From Podarcis tiliguerta (Eukaryota): a stretch of 64,000 nucleotides of DNA. The notes under the pieces were generated by a model, which made no database searches, was not told the DNA's origin, and saw only the letters and a list, made by a program, of their open reading frames with translations. Shown here in pieces: positions 24,680-38,107 of this stretch; position 1 is the first letter of the stretch; each line of letters begins with the position of its first letter. The position numbers and the translations under genes were made by a program. Location of the stretch: the NCBI GenBank assembly GCA_965153285.1, contig OZ229111.1; one strand, given 5' to 3'.

Positions 24680-25398
24680 GGAGGCACTGTACCTATGGTG
24701 GGGGACACATCATGCTCCTTCTTGGGTAGTTTGTCCACGTTTGGTCCCCAACCTATACTGAGCTCTCACCGGTAGCTCCTAGAAGCTGTCAGTGTGCAAC
24801 AGTCCCCAAACTCCTGGAATGGCCTTGACTAACTGACTAAACCAGGTGAGGGTAGCTAATGGGTCTGAAACCCTAAGTGAGTTAGGGAGTTCCCCTGCAT
24901 GTGAAGACAGGTTCTGGTGGATTGAACGGATGAGACCAATAGTGGGTCGAACAGTCAAGAAGGTGGTTTCTGCACATGCTGTAGAGTGAAATTAGGGACA
25001 GGAGGGGCTTGTCAAACTGGGAAGGAAGCCCATCTAGGAGAAGGAAAACTCTGATCCTAAACTTCGGCTGTCTTGTGGGATATCTTCAGGAGAAGAAGAA
25101 GATGAGGAGTAAACCCTACACAAATCCAGAGTGGAGTCCCTAAGACAGTTGGATGGTGCCCTGTATGTCTCCTTCCAGCAACGTCTGGAGCTAAGCTGGT
25201 GCCAAATGTATTGCTCTGTTTTCCTTTGGACCACATTAGTGATCCTGAGAGGGGGATCTTGCTGTCTGGGCAGTCCAGGACCTCCATACTGCTCAGGCTT
25301 GCACTCTGGGGAGGTCACTTCGGTGCTGCTAACACAGCAATTTGGCTTCACCTGCGGAAGCGCACTCCACTGTCTCTTGAAACAGACAGATGCCAACA
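24680..25398 (+). mobile_element. Non-autonomous RTE-derived element (5' UTR-like region joined to an RTE-type 3' end)
   Basis: RTE 5'-like segment gcccatctaggagaaggaaaactctgatcctaaac; ends ctgtctcttgaaacagacagatgccaacaa; no RT ORF. Confidence 0.55.
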
Positions 25399-26370
25399 AA
25401 GGTTAATCTGAAGTCCTGCCTCAGATTAAGGCCTGATGGAAACTCTATTTATAACCAAACCAAACCCAGCTTTAGCAGGATTGGTGGCACCTAATGTTAT
25501 TTATCAATGTTAGAGTGCATGTCAGAAGTCTTGTGCTATATATATTGAGCACGGCTTCCTTCACTCTTTTTAGACAGCAGGAGAAAGTAAGGTCAGCCAT
25601 TTGGAAATTATAAACAAGTTACCTCGTGGTAAATTTGTTTCAGTTGATAAGCAACATAGTTGTATAACAGATAGACATTGTTAATTATCACCTATCTAAT
25701 AAGAAATTCTCTAAAAGTGGAATTCATTCTTCACACAACAGAATTCAGGCTAAAACCCTCCTGCAAATCCCTAGAAGACCAGTATAGTGCTCCTGGGATG
25801 AAAGGAATCTGGGTTGATGTTCTCTTAACTCTAGTTAAGGCAGAATTAAGCAGAAGATGCTAAAGCAATAACACAAGGTACTACAATGCTGTTTAATCTG
25901 TTCTATTGGACCTCATGTTGTTTGCATTAAACCAAGAGCTTGCAGAGAGGTGGTCTTTGTATTCCAGCTTCTCCACTGAGGTTTTAATGGAAAAGAAACA
26001 TTAGAGGAAGTGTTAATAGATCTAAATGACATATTAATGGTTACTAAGGTAACCTTGAAAGTAGCTTCACATGCAAGTGAAACAGTTAAAAGAGCCTATG
26101 TACATCCTGGCACCTGCATAGCACCTAAACAGCGTAACAGAATGTCTTCTACATCTTTTCCCATTTCATTTTACGACTGACCAGTTGTAGACTCCAAGGC
26201 TTACTTACTGGATTTCTTACCCACCCTTCATCATAAGGTCCAGAATAGATTACAATATGAAAATACAGTATTAAAATCGGATTAAACAAGTTACAGGCAG
26301 AAGAACATGGGGAACAGGTGTCAACATCAGCCAACATTTTTTCTCTCCCAAGACCCAATTGTTCTGTTTA

Positions 26371-26450
26371 TCAGTCTACTCTGATGAAGAGTTTGAGAGC
26401 TTGTACACCTTTTTGTGTTATTTTGGTTGCCAATAAAGATATTGTCCTAA
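26371..26450 (+). mobile_element. Penelope-like element terminal remnant with eroded hammerhead core
   Basis: ctgatgaagag...gagagcttgtacac...ttggttgccaataaagatatt. Confidence 0.45.
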
Positions 26451-28254
26451 TATGAACATTGGAAGTATCCAAATGCTAGTTTGTTTGTTATATATTTTTT
26501 TAAAAAATATCAATGTGGTTTACAATCTCTATATAATAAACACACATAATAAAAACACATTTAAAATCAGAGACCATCAGCTAACTATTATGGAAATATA
26601 TTTCTCTAACTGTCTGCATAAACCTGGCAACACAGTGAACTTTTCAGCAGGTTGAAACAGAAGGTGCCTGCTGAATCTTTATCGGCAGAGAAAGGTTTTA
26701 TTTCATGTTGATGCCAAATTGAGCCTCGCTAGCTCAGGGGACAACCAACGTCATACCTGCAGATGATCTCAGTGAACGAGCTGGGATATAAGGGTTTAGA
26801 CGGACTTGAAGGTATCCTGGACTTACCTTGTGCAGGGCTTTGTAAATTAATACAAGGAATGGGCTTTAAAGGGTAAACCTCTCACAAGATGAAGGTGTTC
26901 CTCTGATATATTTTCAAGTGCCAGGCATCCCTTTAACTTCAGTGACTTCAACATTTTTACCTGCTGCCCATATGTCAGTGTCTACCAAAGGGCATAAACT
27001 GCAGAATAACCAACCATCAAACCATCAGGCAGTGAAACTGGTATCTGCTGCTAAACTGAACAACAGCAAGCAAAAAACATTAAAGACTCAACATCTTCTC
27101 TTATGAATACAGCTCAGCCTCCTTCTCAGTGGGAGCCTAAGAAGTAGGCAGCTAGTAGCTGTCTGTCTGATGTGTCTTCAGGATCTGGCTCCCTGGGCAT
27201 TTTTATAATTTACCACTATTACAAAAGGAACGTATTTTATTATCGTATCTAATTTGAACTATTACATGCATTTTGCTATGTTTGTGATACACGCCATGGA
27301 ACCTCATGGTTGTTTAGATGACAACAAATTTATACGCCATGTGTAATGCATACAGTATTTATAAATAGCAGTTGCAGGCGATGTATATTTTTGTCCTACA
27401 AGTTGTGAGCATATGGGCAGATCCCAGTAGCTAGCAAGTCTGCAGTACTCTAGCAACAGTATCAGGAGAGCTTCAGATAGCACTGATGTCATGCTCCTCT
27501 CAAGATTGCAATTGCTTCCTTTATATATGCATAAATCTTTTTTACCTGTCACCATAAGATAACAATCACTATCAAGATGTCATCTAAAGCAATTCAATAT
27601 TCCAAATAAGACAGATAAACAAGAATTATGTGATGAGCACAGTTAAATGTGGCTTATCCAAGAGAAGATACAGACCTAAGCACAATCATGTTCTTTCTTG
27701 GATGTGTTACATGTCCAAGGATGGACAAAGCAGTCTATTTCAGTTTCTTTCATTTTTTCAGTCTTAAGATCAGTTCACCACATTTCATCATTAATTTGTA
27801 ATTTTTAAAAACAAGTCCTCACAAACATTTATCAGCATTTTAGCTGTATTTCTCCTAATACAGTAAACACATTTTATTATGTAATTTTGCCTAATGTGCT
27901 TATATTTCCCAATGTAATGTGTTAGGTTGCATTTCCCCTCTCGCATATGCATTTTTATGTGCATTTTTATGTACATTTTATGCATTTTATGCTTATATGT
28001 GCATATTTGTACGTATTTTTTGGTTGGAAACTGTACCACAAAATTTGGGATGATGTGATTTTTCAAAGGATTGTTTCATTTTGCTTTGCATAATTTTTTG
28101 GGAAGTGTGAATTAAGAAGGCTCACATTTTAATTTATGAACCATGGATAGCATATCAGACAGGAGAAAAGAGAGAAAATGATTCCTTTGAATAACCCCAG
28201 CAAATAACCTGTGCTTCCTGAAGAGGTCAAAGAGAAACAGCAGCAGAAAAAAAT

Positions 28255-28430
28255 AGCAAGCAGGAGATAGCATGTCTGATACTGAGGGATGTGATTGGGC
28301 CATCTAATTCAGTACTGATTGGCAGCAGCTCTCCAGAATTTCAGATCAGAATCTTTTCCCAACTCTTTCTTGAGATTCTAGGCATTGAACCAAGCGAAAC
28401 ACACACTCTACCACTATCTATGGCCATAAG
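28255..28430 (-). mobile_element. Squam3-like tRNA SINE, degraded
   Basis: ggcagcagctctccag...gagattctaggcattgaacc...ctctaccact is the reverse complement of the SINE head and body. Confidence 0.55.
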
Positions 28431-28598
28431 AACCCTTTGGGATAAAGAACTGCATTTCCACAGACACACACCCATATCACACCCCCACCAAGGCCATCAA
28501 AAGGTAACTGAATGGAACTATAAGCACCAGTTGTCCTGTTTTGAAGAGGGCAAACATTGTAATTAGAGTCTAAGAAGGAACTAATGTATAAAGATTAG

Positions 28599-29430
28599 TG
28601 TGAACATTAAGCCATCATAGTTGCTAATAAGCAGCTGGCCTTTCTCTTCCTTCACATGACACAAAAAAGCCTGGGCCACAACATCAGGTGAAGTTGGCTT
28701 TTGCGATCAGGGTGAGAGAAGGACAGGAAGTTCTGGTAGTGCAGGATATATTCTTAAACATGCAGGCCATCGCCAGGATAAGAGTATTTAAGCCCTTTTG
28801 CCTACCCTACCAACTTCTTTGAAAATTCTTGCCACCCTTTCTTGGGAATAGTGCAGGTGTTTTCCTGTCAACTCAGGACCAGATAGAAATTCTTAACCTT
28901 TCTGTATACTGGGCAGCCAACCAAGGTGTTTGTTTTTGTTTCTTTTGCCTACTCTGTACTCAAACCTACTCTGGTGGTTTAAGGGCAGTTTGAGTGGAGG
29001 TCCTGTTAATGAGGTAAATTAGCCACATTTAGGAAGGTGGTGTGTGAAGGTGAACAGGTAAAGAATGGGTTAAAGTGAGTACCTTAGGTAGCTAGCCACT
29101 CTTCAGAGGGATAGGTGCTTTCTGAGGCAGTGTATGGGCAGTGTACAGAGCACATTTGAGTCACCCCATGGGAGATGTGGGACCCCAGCAGCTCTTGAGA
29201 AGGTTTCCCTACTCACCTGAGTGGGCAGGCCTTAAGGGAAAGAGCAGGGATAATTCCTGCCACTATCATTAAGCAGGGGTTTGCTCACCTCATACAGGTA
29301 ATGCTGTATAGATCAGATAGCTTCCTAAACTGTCACCATTTTTTGCCAAATTTAAGTGTAAATTAAACATGTGGCTCTAGTGCCACCCAACACTTTGTGC
29401 ATTGCTTCTTTATTTCCACCTGTGTTCACA
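28599..29430 (+). mobile_element. Probable solo LTR
   Basis: Termini TGTGAACA...TGTTCACA (8-bp perfect inverted repeat), TATA-like tatttaa ~28785, ATTAAA ~29362; shares motif blocks with the LTR at 39627. No TSD found. Confidence 0.55.
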
Positions 29431-30307
29431 AGGTCCATTTTCCCCATTTGTTCACAGGGGTGATTGGTTTTCTTTCTTTCTTTCTTTTTTGCTCAATTGC
29501 AAAAAATACATTTCCCATGAAAATGATGATGAATAAAAGAATACCAATAAAGCCAAGAATAGCCTTTTAGTCTTGGAATAGCCTTCTGCTGTCAAAACAC
29601 AGCATTCACTCATAAATTTGGCAACAGTTAAAAGAGAAGATGGTAAGCCACAAACGTGATACAGGTCCTCACATATCAACGCTCCATATGTTCAAACTGC
29701 ATTAAACTACAAAATAACCAGCTCTTTGAGCCTCCGTTAGAAACAAACAGCAGTTATCTTGTTGGCTAAAGGATCTATACTGAGACAACAATGAAGAATC
29801 TCTGTCTTAGATAAAGTATCTAAGAAGGCAAGAGCAGTATGAAATGAAGTTGTGAACTAGTGTATATCATTTCTGACAATTATTGATTTAGGAATAGTAT
29901 GAAATTTACTCAAATCTAAACCACCATTCTGGTTATAGTCATTAAATAGCCTTGCTTGTTATAGTAATGCACTGTAGCTTCATATAAATGGGAAAGGCCA
30001 TAGAGTAGTAGCAGAGCATATGTATTTATTTTGCATAAATATGCATGTCAGTCTTCAGTATAAAATATCCTCAGGGCAGCTAATAATAAAAGAATTATAG
30101 AAAGTCTCAAGTTCATTCCTTCTTGGAATCCCTGGTTTAAAAGACTCCCCAAGTTGCTTCCAGTCCAAATAGAAGTGCTGGGTTAGATGGACCAATGGTA
30201 TAAAGCGTATCTTTGCATCTTTAAAAAACGGACTGTTTTCCAATACAAGAGGCAGATTATTAGCATTGAACTCAGCAGATTTCCTCTAGTATTTCATAGT
30301 AGCATAC

Positions 30308-30491
30308 CTGTGATATCTATTTGAGCATCTTCAGCTTCTGCTACTGCAGCTGCTGCTGCTGCTCTGCTTTTCTTCTCCAACTCTTTCATTTCAGGCACGT
30401 AGAAGTCCCCTTGACGGGCAAGGGGGCATACAAAATAGATTTTGTTGCCTTTGTAGATTTCCAGTCTGGGATGGGCACACAGTTTCCGCTC
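30308..30491 (-). CDS. TEX264: TEX264 penultimate coding exon (end of GyrI-like domain, start of disordered region)
   Basis: Acceptor tcttatctcttttag|GAG and donor ACAG|gtatgc. The 184-nt exon encodes ERKLCAHPRLEIYKGNKIYFVCPLARQGDFYVPEMKELEKKSRAAAAAAVAEAEDAQIDIT+G. Its phase-1 end joins the 820 acceptor in frame (G+GG=Gly). It is missing from the ORF track because it has no start codon. Confidence 0.95.
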
Positions 30492-31931
30492 CTAAAAGAG
30501 ATAAGACACACAGCATTGCAAACCCATTGTGTTACAACAAATGCATACATCCACAGACAGATTTTCCAGAGGCCCCAGGAAGGACCTGCATGTGCCCAGG
30601 TGGCCCTAATCTATATTCACTGTCTCCTCCACCAACCACTTCCCTACTTTGGTCCCCTCTGGAATTGCTGCTTCTTTATCCCCATAGTCTAGGGGTGAGG
30701 TGGGGATCTAAGGCCCAGGTTCCGATATAGCCCTCTAGGCTTCTCTATCAGGACCTTAGGATTCTCCATGGGCCCCACACTCCCTCTCCATGAACCACAC
30801 TCTTCACTAGAAACTCTGTTCTGCAAGCTCCACAAGTGCTTTTGCCTGGCACATCCTTGCCTGGAGGAGACTTGTGTGTGTGCACAGAGAAACCTCTGGC
30901 TTTTGCTTGGCCGGAATGGAGCCAACTGTACATGGTGAGAGTCACATGTACATGGTGAGAATCACAACCATTGCTCCACTCCCCTTTGCCTCTGGCCCCA
31001 CCCACCACTGGCATGCAGCTCCCAGAAGCGTGCCCATTGGCAAATGTGTCCCCCAGACTGAAAAAGATTTGCTCTAGTCCCTATAGGCCTATACTTTATT
31101 GCAACGCACTGTAAAATGGAAATTTTATTATTCCTCCCCTGCCTATTCACGTCTCCATTTTCCCTCTTCTCCTTTGTTTCTCTGTGCCTATTTTTTTTAA
31201 TTCTGTGTAGAGGCCTGTCATTCCTGTTCTATCATACCATATAAATAAGTCACAACTTTCCAGATCAGCAAATCCCGAAATGTGATATCTCAGCACTCCA
31301 AGGAGATTGGCACGCATACCGAGACATATTTGTCCAATTCCCAATTCTTCTGTCATTTTCCGACACCGGGAGACCAAATTTTAAAATGTTTGATCATCTA
31401 GTGAAAGGGGGCAAGAGCCCTCATGCTCCAAGATAAAACAGATAATAAACTGCAAAAGGTGGCTTAGCAGATCAATGAACTATATCTCTGAAGCAAATCC
31501 ATATTCCATTGTTCAGAATTCTAAAACTTCTGCCTTAAGCATCAATATAAAATACTCTGGGATTCATTTCAGAAAGAATATGCAACACATAATCAGTGGG
31601 TAAAATAGCTTTAAAAAGTTCAAATTTTCAATCCTTCCTAAATTATCATGCTATTAATCATGTTTCCACATTATCTTCTCCCGATTCATTTATACACCAA
31701 GCTCAGCTGGTGTAAAAGCAAAATGGTAGAGCACATAATTTCTACACAACATGGCCAGAAGTTAGTCCTGGCTGAGCTAGTTAAAAGATAGGAGAAAAAA
31801 GACCACACCCCGAAATCCTGGGGTGGTGAGGCCAATTAGTATCAAACCATTATTTACTCAGTATAAGGCACCTATCAAGTTTATGAATTTGCCTGGCAAG
31901 CAATACATAGATGAAGCCAGGTCATCTGTTT

Positions 31932-31995
31932 TTCATAGAATCATAGAGTTGGAAGAGACCACAAGGGCCATCAAGTCCAACCCCCTGCCAAGCAG
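31932..31995 (-). mobile_element. CR1-type 3' tail (LINE or CR1-tailed SINE)
   Basis: tcatagaatcatagagttggaagagaccacaagggccatcaagtccaacccc. Confidence 0.8.
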
Positions 31996-32432
31996 GTTGC
32001 AGGTAATTAACCTATTAATATTTACTCATTTACTGCTCATGGTGTTTTTGTCATCTAAAAGAAAGAACAAAGTAGAACCTTCTCTCTCTGCATGTTATTG
32101 CGAAGTAGTCCAATGGACATGCAGGTAAAGTTGTCCCCCATCCCCCCCAGTGAGGTCTCTTTCCCCTGAACTAGCTGGCTCTGTGCAGCTACTGCAGTGG
32201 AATGCACTTCCGGCCCTTCCGGCTGAGATCCTTATAAGTTCCTTTCACATTGCATCCCCAGCAAGGGAAGGACTCTCATGCAGGACAACAGCAGACCACT
32301 CCCTCGTGGAGCGGCAAGCCTGCCAGAATCATCTTGTCTGCAGAGCACTGGGCCAATATCAGCTCCTGAAGGTACCATCAGTGGGCCTGGGAGCACTGGT
32401 TCTAGATTTTGTGCCATTCATTTATTTTAGTA

Positions 32433-32632
32433 CAGTAGCACCTTGACTTACGTCACCCTCAGGTAATACAAACTGCGGGTTGCAAAAGCGGCAAACCCGG
32501 AAGTGTTTTGCCGTGCGCAGAAGCACTTTACCGTGCCGTGCGCATGCGCAGAAGCGGTCCCTCCAGTTGTGGAAACCTCGGGATCTGACTGGAGCTCCGG
32601 AATGGATCCTGTCCAAACTGGAGTTACCGCTG
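32433..32632. mobile_element. Tc1/mariner-superfamily MITE
   Basis: TA|cagtagcacc ... gttaccgctg|TA; shares aaaccc(g/a)gaagtg with the 11278 element. Confidence 0.7.
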
Positions 32633-34585
32633 TACTTAAAATTGTAAACTGCTTTGGATGCCTTAGCAGAAAAGGTAGTTTATAACTGCAATAATAAATA
32701 TCCCTCCCTGCTCCAATCAGTCTCCTCACCCACTACTGCCCTTGGCCAGGCAGTGCATTTCCCCACACACCTGGTCTTCCTGGCCTTGCCCTCTCATTGA
32801 TGGCATCACTGCACCACAACTGTCATTACAACTACAGTTATTGCTCACAACTACATATGCCAAATGCAGCAATAAAGTGAGGGCAAAATTTGAACCATCA
32901 CAGAAAAAGTAAAGTGTCTTTGATCTCGCAAGGGGGTCTTTCCCTCTCATTCCACTCACTTCAGCCTGATTCTACCCTAAACAACCTGGAGGCAGAAGTA
33001 AGTTAAGAAATAGTTATCGCTTCCACACTAATACTGAGTCAAGAGGACAGGGTGTATTTGAAGAAAAGATGGGGAGTGGGGATGGAAGATTAATATTGGA
33101 TGATATCTGGGGGAAGTTTAATAATAATATTTATTATTTATAAGCTCCTCAGACACTCAACATGGTACAGTTTTTTATATATATTCTCTCAATTTTGTCT
33201 TATTTATCTATTCTATATAAAATGGTAAGGCACCCAGAAAATACTGCATGTTACTTTTGACTGGGGATTTTGTTTTCATGCGGTAAGTGCCCCATAATCT
33301 TTGAAGCACAATAACAGCACCAAAAATTTAAACAAACATGAAAACAAACTAGCAGAGACCTAAAGTGCTTTACCTCTGTGTTTTCAAAACTAGTTTTCTA
33401 ATTCTATGGGAGACAGAAACCCTAATATTTTGTTCCAAGTTTCAGGTTTAAAATGTGTTTGTCCTAGTGATCAATTTGGCCCAGGGACTCACATTTCTCT
33501 TTGGTTGCTCCCCGGAAAACAGATGTTAGTCTGCTGCCCATTTCTAAAGCATTTTGCAATGTTGACCCAAGCAACGGGGTTTTAGAGGAGGCCAGCTGCT
33601 GCTCCTAGCAGGGAGCTGACACAGCCAAAAACCTTCCCCTCTGCATGTATGTAAGACTCTTCTGAAGAAGCCCCAAGCTTCACGGAGTAATTAATCCAAT
33701 CCAGGAAACACAGATAAAAGTAGCTCCATCAAGGAAAGTTCCAAAATAGTGTTTGTCAGAGCCTGATGACTCCTGCCTTTTCCTTTTCCTTTGTGCCCTC
33801 GTCTTTAGATACAGTCCCTTGATTCTAGGTGAATCCCTGGCTTTTAAGCATTCCACACTGCTTGATGTGCAGCACCCGTTTGGGAAGTCTACAAATGCCA
33901 GCTGAGCAGGAGAGGGGGCGGATGGCAAAAGCGGGTGTTATAGATGGATCAAAGAAGCAAGGCCCTGATGAGCTGTGCAAGGAATGGCCTTTGCACTGAA
34001 AGAACAGCTGGCCATTCTAATGAACGCCCACATTCTGCCCTCCCAGCAGCTGTGTTGCTTGACATGTATTATGGTTTGCATGGAGCGTGTGCCTGAGGAG
34101 TGGGGAGTGAGATTCTTTGCTAAAATGCTACAAATGGGTGGGAAGGAGGATTAGTTGCTATCCTCTAAAATAAATGTCATCTACATTGTGCGTACAGACT
34201 TCTGCTCATGTCCCCAAATAGCCCTTGTTGATCAGAGTGTTGCCAGCATACTCTGTAACATGCTGGCTGCTCTGTAGCCAGAAGGCCTGTGAAGCAAACT
34301 CCCCAAGAAGGCTGGAAATGACATCACACAGGGCTGTACCATATCAGCAGAAGAGTGGATGGAAAAGGAGGACACGTTTAGAAGGTCAAATGAATGGTAA
34401 ATAAAGGGGAGGGGGACACCACAGGGAATGTTAACCCACAAATTAGGAGGTCAACTTTTTCTTTTTAGGTAACCAGCTCATATTCACCCAAGGCTGTCAG
34501 TTCTGTCTGACAGTTTTTCAGCAGTGATGACAGTAAAGAGAGTTTAGAAGTCCCAGTCTACTGCATAATGAGAAAAATTTCCTCT

Positions 34586-34648
34586 ATCATCTGTTGATGT
34601 GGACTCAGTTCCATGAAAGCTTATGCCATAATACAATTTGCTAGTCGC
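34586..34648 (+). mobile_element. Penelope-like element terminal remnant with minimal-hammerhead-like motif
   Basis: ctgttga t gtgga ctcagt tccat gaaa gcttatgccataatacaatttgctagtc. Confidence 0.6.
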
Positions 34649-35944
34649 CCAGCTATTCTCCTCACTAACAAAAACAGACATTATTTTAAAATTGAATGGT
34701 GTGTGTACATGTGAAGAGCAGCACTAAAAAAATAATGGGGGGGGGGAGGTTGACAAAAAAATTGCTGCAAGCTAGTCAAAACCTTCTCTGGGAATTGAAA
34801 CTTACACAGACTGTTGATAAGTTTAAGTGCTCTCTTTTTCCTCCATTTCATAACCAATAAGAACCGAATGGGAAGTCTTAAGGCTAAGATATGGAAGTGA
34901 CTAGCTCTGACAAAGTTTTATTGCTTGTCAATGCAGATGTCAGTCTCTGTCCAATAGCTATCCATGACACTTGCACAACCCAATCCTACTATTGCTTTTG
35001 CAAGGGAAATAAATTTGCCAGGTGACAATAATCGTCTCCATTTTCTCAGCAACAAAATAGTCTAATATTCCAACAACAAAAGTCGAACCTGAGCTCATGC
35101 AGAAATAAAGCTTCCCATTGATTAACCATAGTTATGGGATTAGGAGCAGGCTATGGTCAGTGGCATTTTATCACCATGTTATTTGTTTGTTTGTTCTAAA
35201 CATGTCTTAAGTTTAGGCCCAACTGCACTATTACTTTCAACAAATGTTTTTAACATGAATTAAAGAATGGCTTTTTAAAAAATGTAATGATGTGCTCAGA
35301 ATAATTTCCTTCTAGCTTCATGGCTATGTCACACCCATAAATAAAATAAATAAAACTAGTATGCAATGATGTATATACACACAAAAAGTACTATACCCCC
35401 TGAAGTGTGGAAAGTCAATTGCAATTCCATATGTAGCTTACCGCAGAAGAGCAATGACTAGGTAGTACTAGGGAGTCACCAACCTTGAGGCAACCCAGGT
35501 GAAAAATCATTACAGTGCAATTCCATTATGTTGCTTCAATGTTAATATAGTGCAGTGTGAGAAAACACTTCCTTGGAGTCATCTAAAAGAGTACCTTTTT
35601 CTCCAGCATTTTCAGATTCACAAGAGGAAATAGAAGCAAAGAGGAGCTGATTTATTAGCTCTGCAGGGAAGTTTGCCTCAATCTAATTATTAAAACCAAG
35701 ATCTGATTAATTCCTCCACCACCCCAACTTCCTGGTAGCTTAAGCAAAATCCTGCCTATGAAAAAAACACAATATATAGCCAATCACGTCAGACATCAAC
35801 TGCTTCCAGAGGTTAGTGATTTCCAGCATTTTGCAGACAAAGATAGCAACGTGTAGGTATACTTGTAAAATCTCTATTCTCACACCAATGACCATTGCAC
35901 GCCCATCCCCATGCTTTAAGATGTTATTTGTTGTATTCACTTAC

Positions 35945-36062
35945 GGTCCTTCAGATGTTGCTGGACTACAAATCCCATCCGTCCCTACTGGGATGACCAA
36001 TGATTGGGGTGATGAGAGTTGTAGTCCAGCAACATCTGGAAGGCTACAGGTTTCTCATGCCT
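35945..36062. mobile_element. Palindromic hAT-like MITE
   Basis: cagatgttgctggactacaa ... ttgtagtccagcaacatctg, perfect 20-bp inverted arms. Confidence 0.75.
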
Positions 36063-38076
36063 ACCTTATGTTGATGGACAGGAAGCTCCATTTGCACTCT
36101 GGTGCAAACTAACCTTTTAAAAAAGATACTCCCGAAGTAACTTAAGAACAAAATAGGGACAAGTGATTTAACAGGGGAAGATACGAGAAGAGGACTGTTC
36201 AAGTATACTCAGTAGAATTCAACATCAGGCTCTTCCAATTGCGCTGTCAGCTCAAGCACTGCAGCTTGCCAGATTAAATGACCCCCCCCTCCTTCATCCA
36301 TGTGACATTCTGAGGGTTCTCCCAACCTCCTCTGAGTTAATTTCAGTGCAGGTCGTGAAGGAAGCACCACCTAACGGAAACTGAGATCCATAGGAAGTGC
36401 CATTCTGATAATCTGCCAGGCATCTTCTGTTAATATACAGACCTCTCTGGGAGAAGACGAGAGCATTATATTAAGAAAAGCTATGTGCTATTCCCTAATT
36501 CAGAATGTGCTTGTTCCTCTTTTTCTACAAGCACAATTATCCCATGGTACACAATTACTACTCAGACCTCACAATTGCCTTCAACTGCAAAGCCAAACCT
36601 CCTCAACACATTTATTTTTAGTAACATACTTAATGAAGGCTCCTAAACAAGCATAGCATTTACAGAGAGTGAAATGCTTAATGCATTCAAGTAAAAAACA
36701 ATTGGTTTTTAACAAACTGTATATCATCCAAGCCAGTTAAGGGACACAAGACTACTGGCACATATGTGATTGATATTTATTATTTTCATTATTTATGTAG
36801 CATTTTTCTGGTACCTAACAAGACCCTACTGTATTGTAATATATGAGACTACACTAGGTTACTTCCATAGTCCCCTTTGGCTGAAAACAGTGGGAAACTC
36901 AAGGAGCAGCAACACTGAAGACATGCTTCAGATAATGGTTGGTTAGACTCTCAAGTATGGAAGAATGACAAATCTGTTGAGAAAGTTAAGTGTTCTAGGA
37001 CGCAGATCACTTTTTAAATAAGCCTGAGAGATGTGAAACACAAGGGTGTGTATGTGTGGAAATGAAGCCATTCCTGGTGTTCTTTTTATCCAGAAGCCAG
37101 TTAAGACAAAATTCTCAAATTCAACACAGTCCATGCCTAGCGTTACTGGGACAAATTCATTTTAAATTAGAGCAGTCAAATACCCACCCTTCTTTCAGCC
37201 ATTCGTGGCATGTGAAAACCAGTGACATTTTTGCTAATTTTTGGAGGGGTTGAGAGAAATCTTAATTTTCAGTTTAATTTAACTTACCATTAAAGCAGCC
37301 GTTTTCAATTTCCAAGGCTGCAAACCTAAGGCAGGGGTGTTGGGAGGAAATTGAAGGTGGCTCCCCTGCCTCCTCCAGTGCTCTGCTGGACTCTTAAATA
37401 CTGCAGAACTCAGGGTGGAACATACCCATTCATTCTGTAAATTTTCACTCACATGGTGAAAAATGGAAGGAAAATAAACCATGCCAGCTCTAGAGTTAGT
37501 TTGGTTTACTCGGTGGTTGAGTTGGGACTGGAAGGATTCTGGATCCTTTTGATCCAAGCCTTCTCCTGGTCCTCCTCTGACACACCTCCAACTGCCTTTC
37601 TGATGTTGGAGCTCCAAAGTTGGTAGAGCAAGGGCCTCCCAGGAGCCATAAGATTTCAGGGAAGGGGAAGAGGAAGAAGAAGGAGGAGGAGGAGGAGGAG
37701 TAAGTTCTCCCACCATTTCAAAAAATTGCTACATCATGGCAGAGTGTGTTTCCACTGAGCTGCTCTGCAGCAAACAGAAATGTGGTCAGATTGCTTTGAC
37801 AACCCCATCAACATTTGCCACCAATGAAAATGAACAGGTTTCTCTCAAACTCCAAAGATTTGGGACCACTCTCAAAACTGATGGAAAAGTTGGGGCCACA
37901 TTCCTTGGCTCAGCTTTCATTTAAATTTATGTACTTCACTTTAAGTTAGTTGTGAATTGGGCTGCCCATCTGCTCGGTCTAGAAACCAGGCTCTCTTTCA
38001 TTTGTTTGAGTTATTATGATTTCTGGATGATGGATGTCCTGTGGCAGTAAGACTTGTTTTGAAGTAAAATACTGAA

Positions 38077-38077
<1 letters not shown>

Positions 38078-38104
<27 letters not shown>
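38078..38104. repeat. (GT)n microsatellite
   Basis: About 13 GT units. Confidence 0.95.

Positions 38105-38107
<3 letters not shown>

Noticed and set aside
26822-26990. Consensus minus-strand donor AAG|gtaagt as a possible extra TEX264 exon
   Set aside because: No convincing paired acceptor or TEX264-like reading frame, and the flanking exons already join in frame.
30321-30692. 123-aa Cys-rich plus-strand ORF
   Set aside because: Antisense reading of the TEX264 exon; the cysteines come from the (GCA)n alanine codons.
33960-34030. Hammerhead-like CTGATGA...hairpin...GAAA
   Set aside because: Stem II (GTGCAA/TTGCAC) has a bulged base and a short stem III is possible, but no stem I forms next to the core in type I or type III topology.
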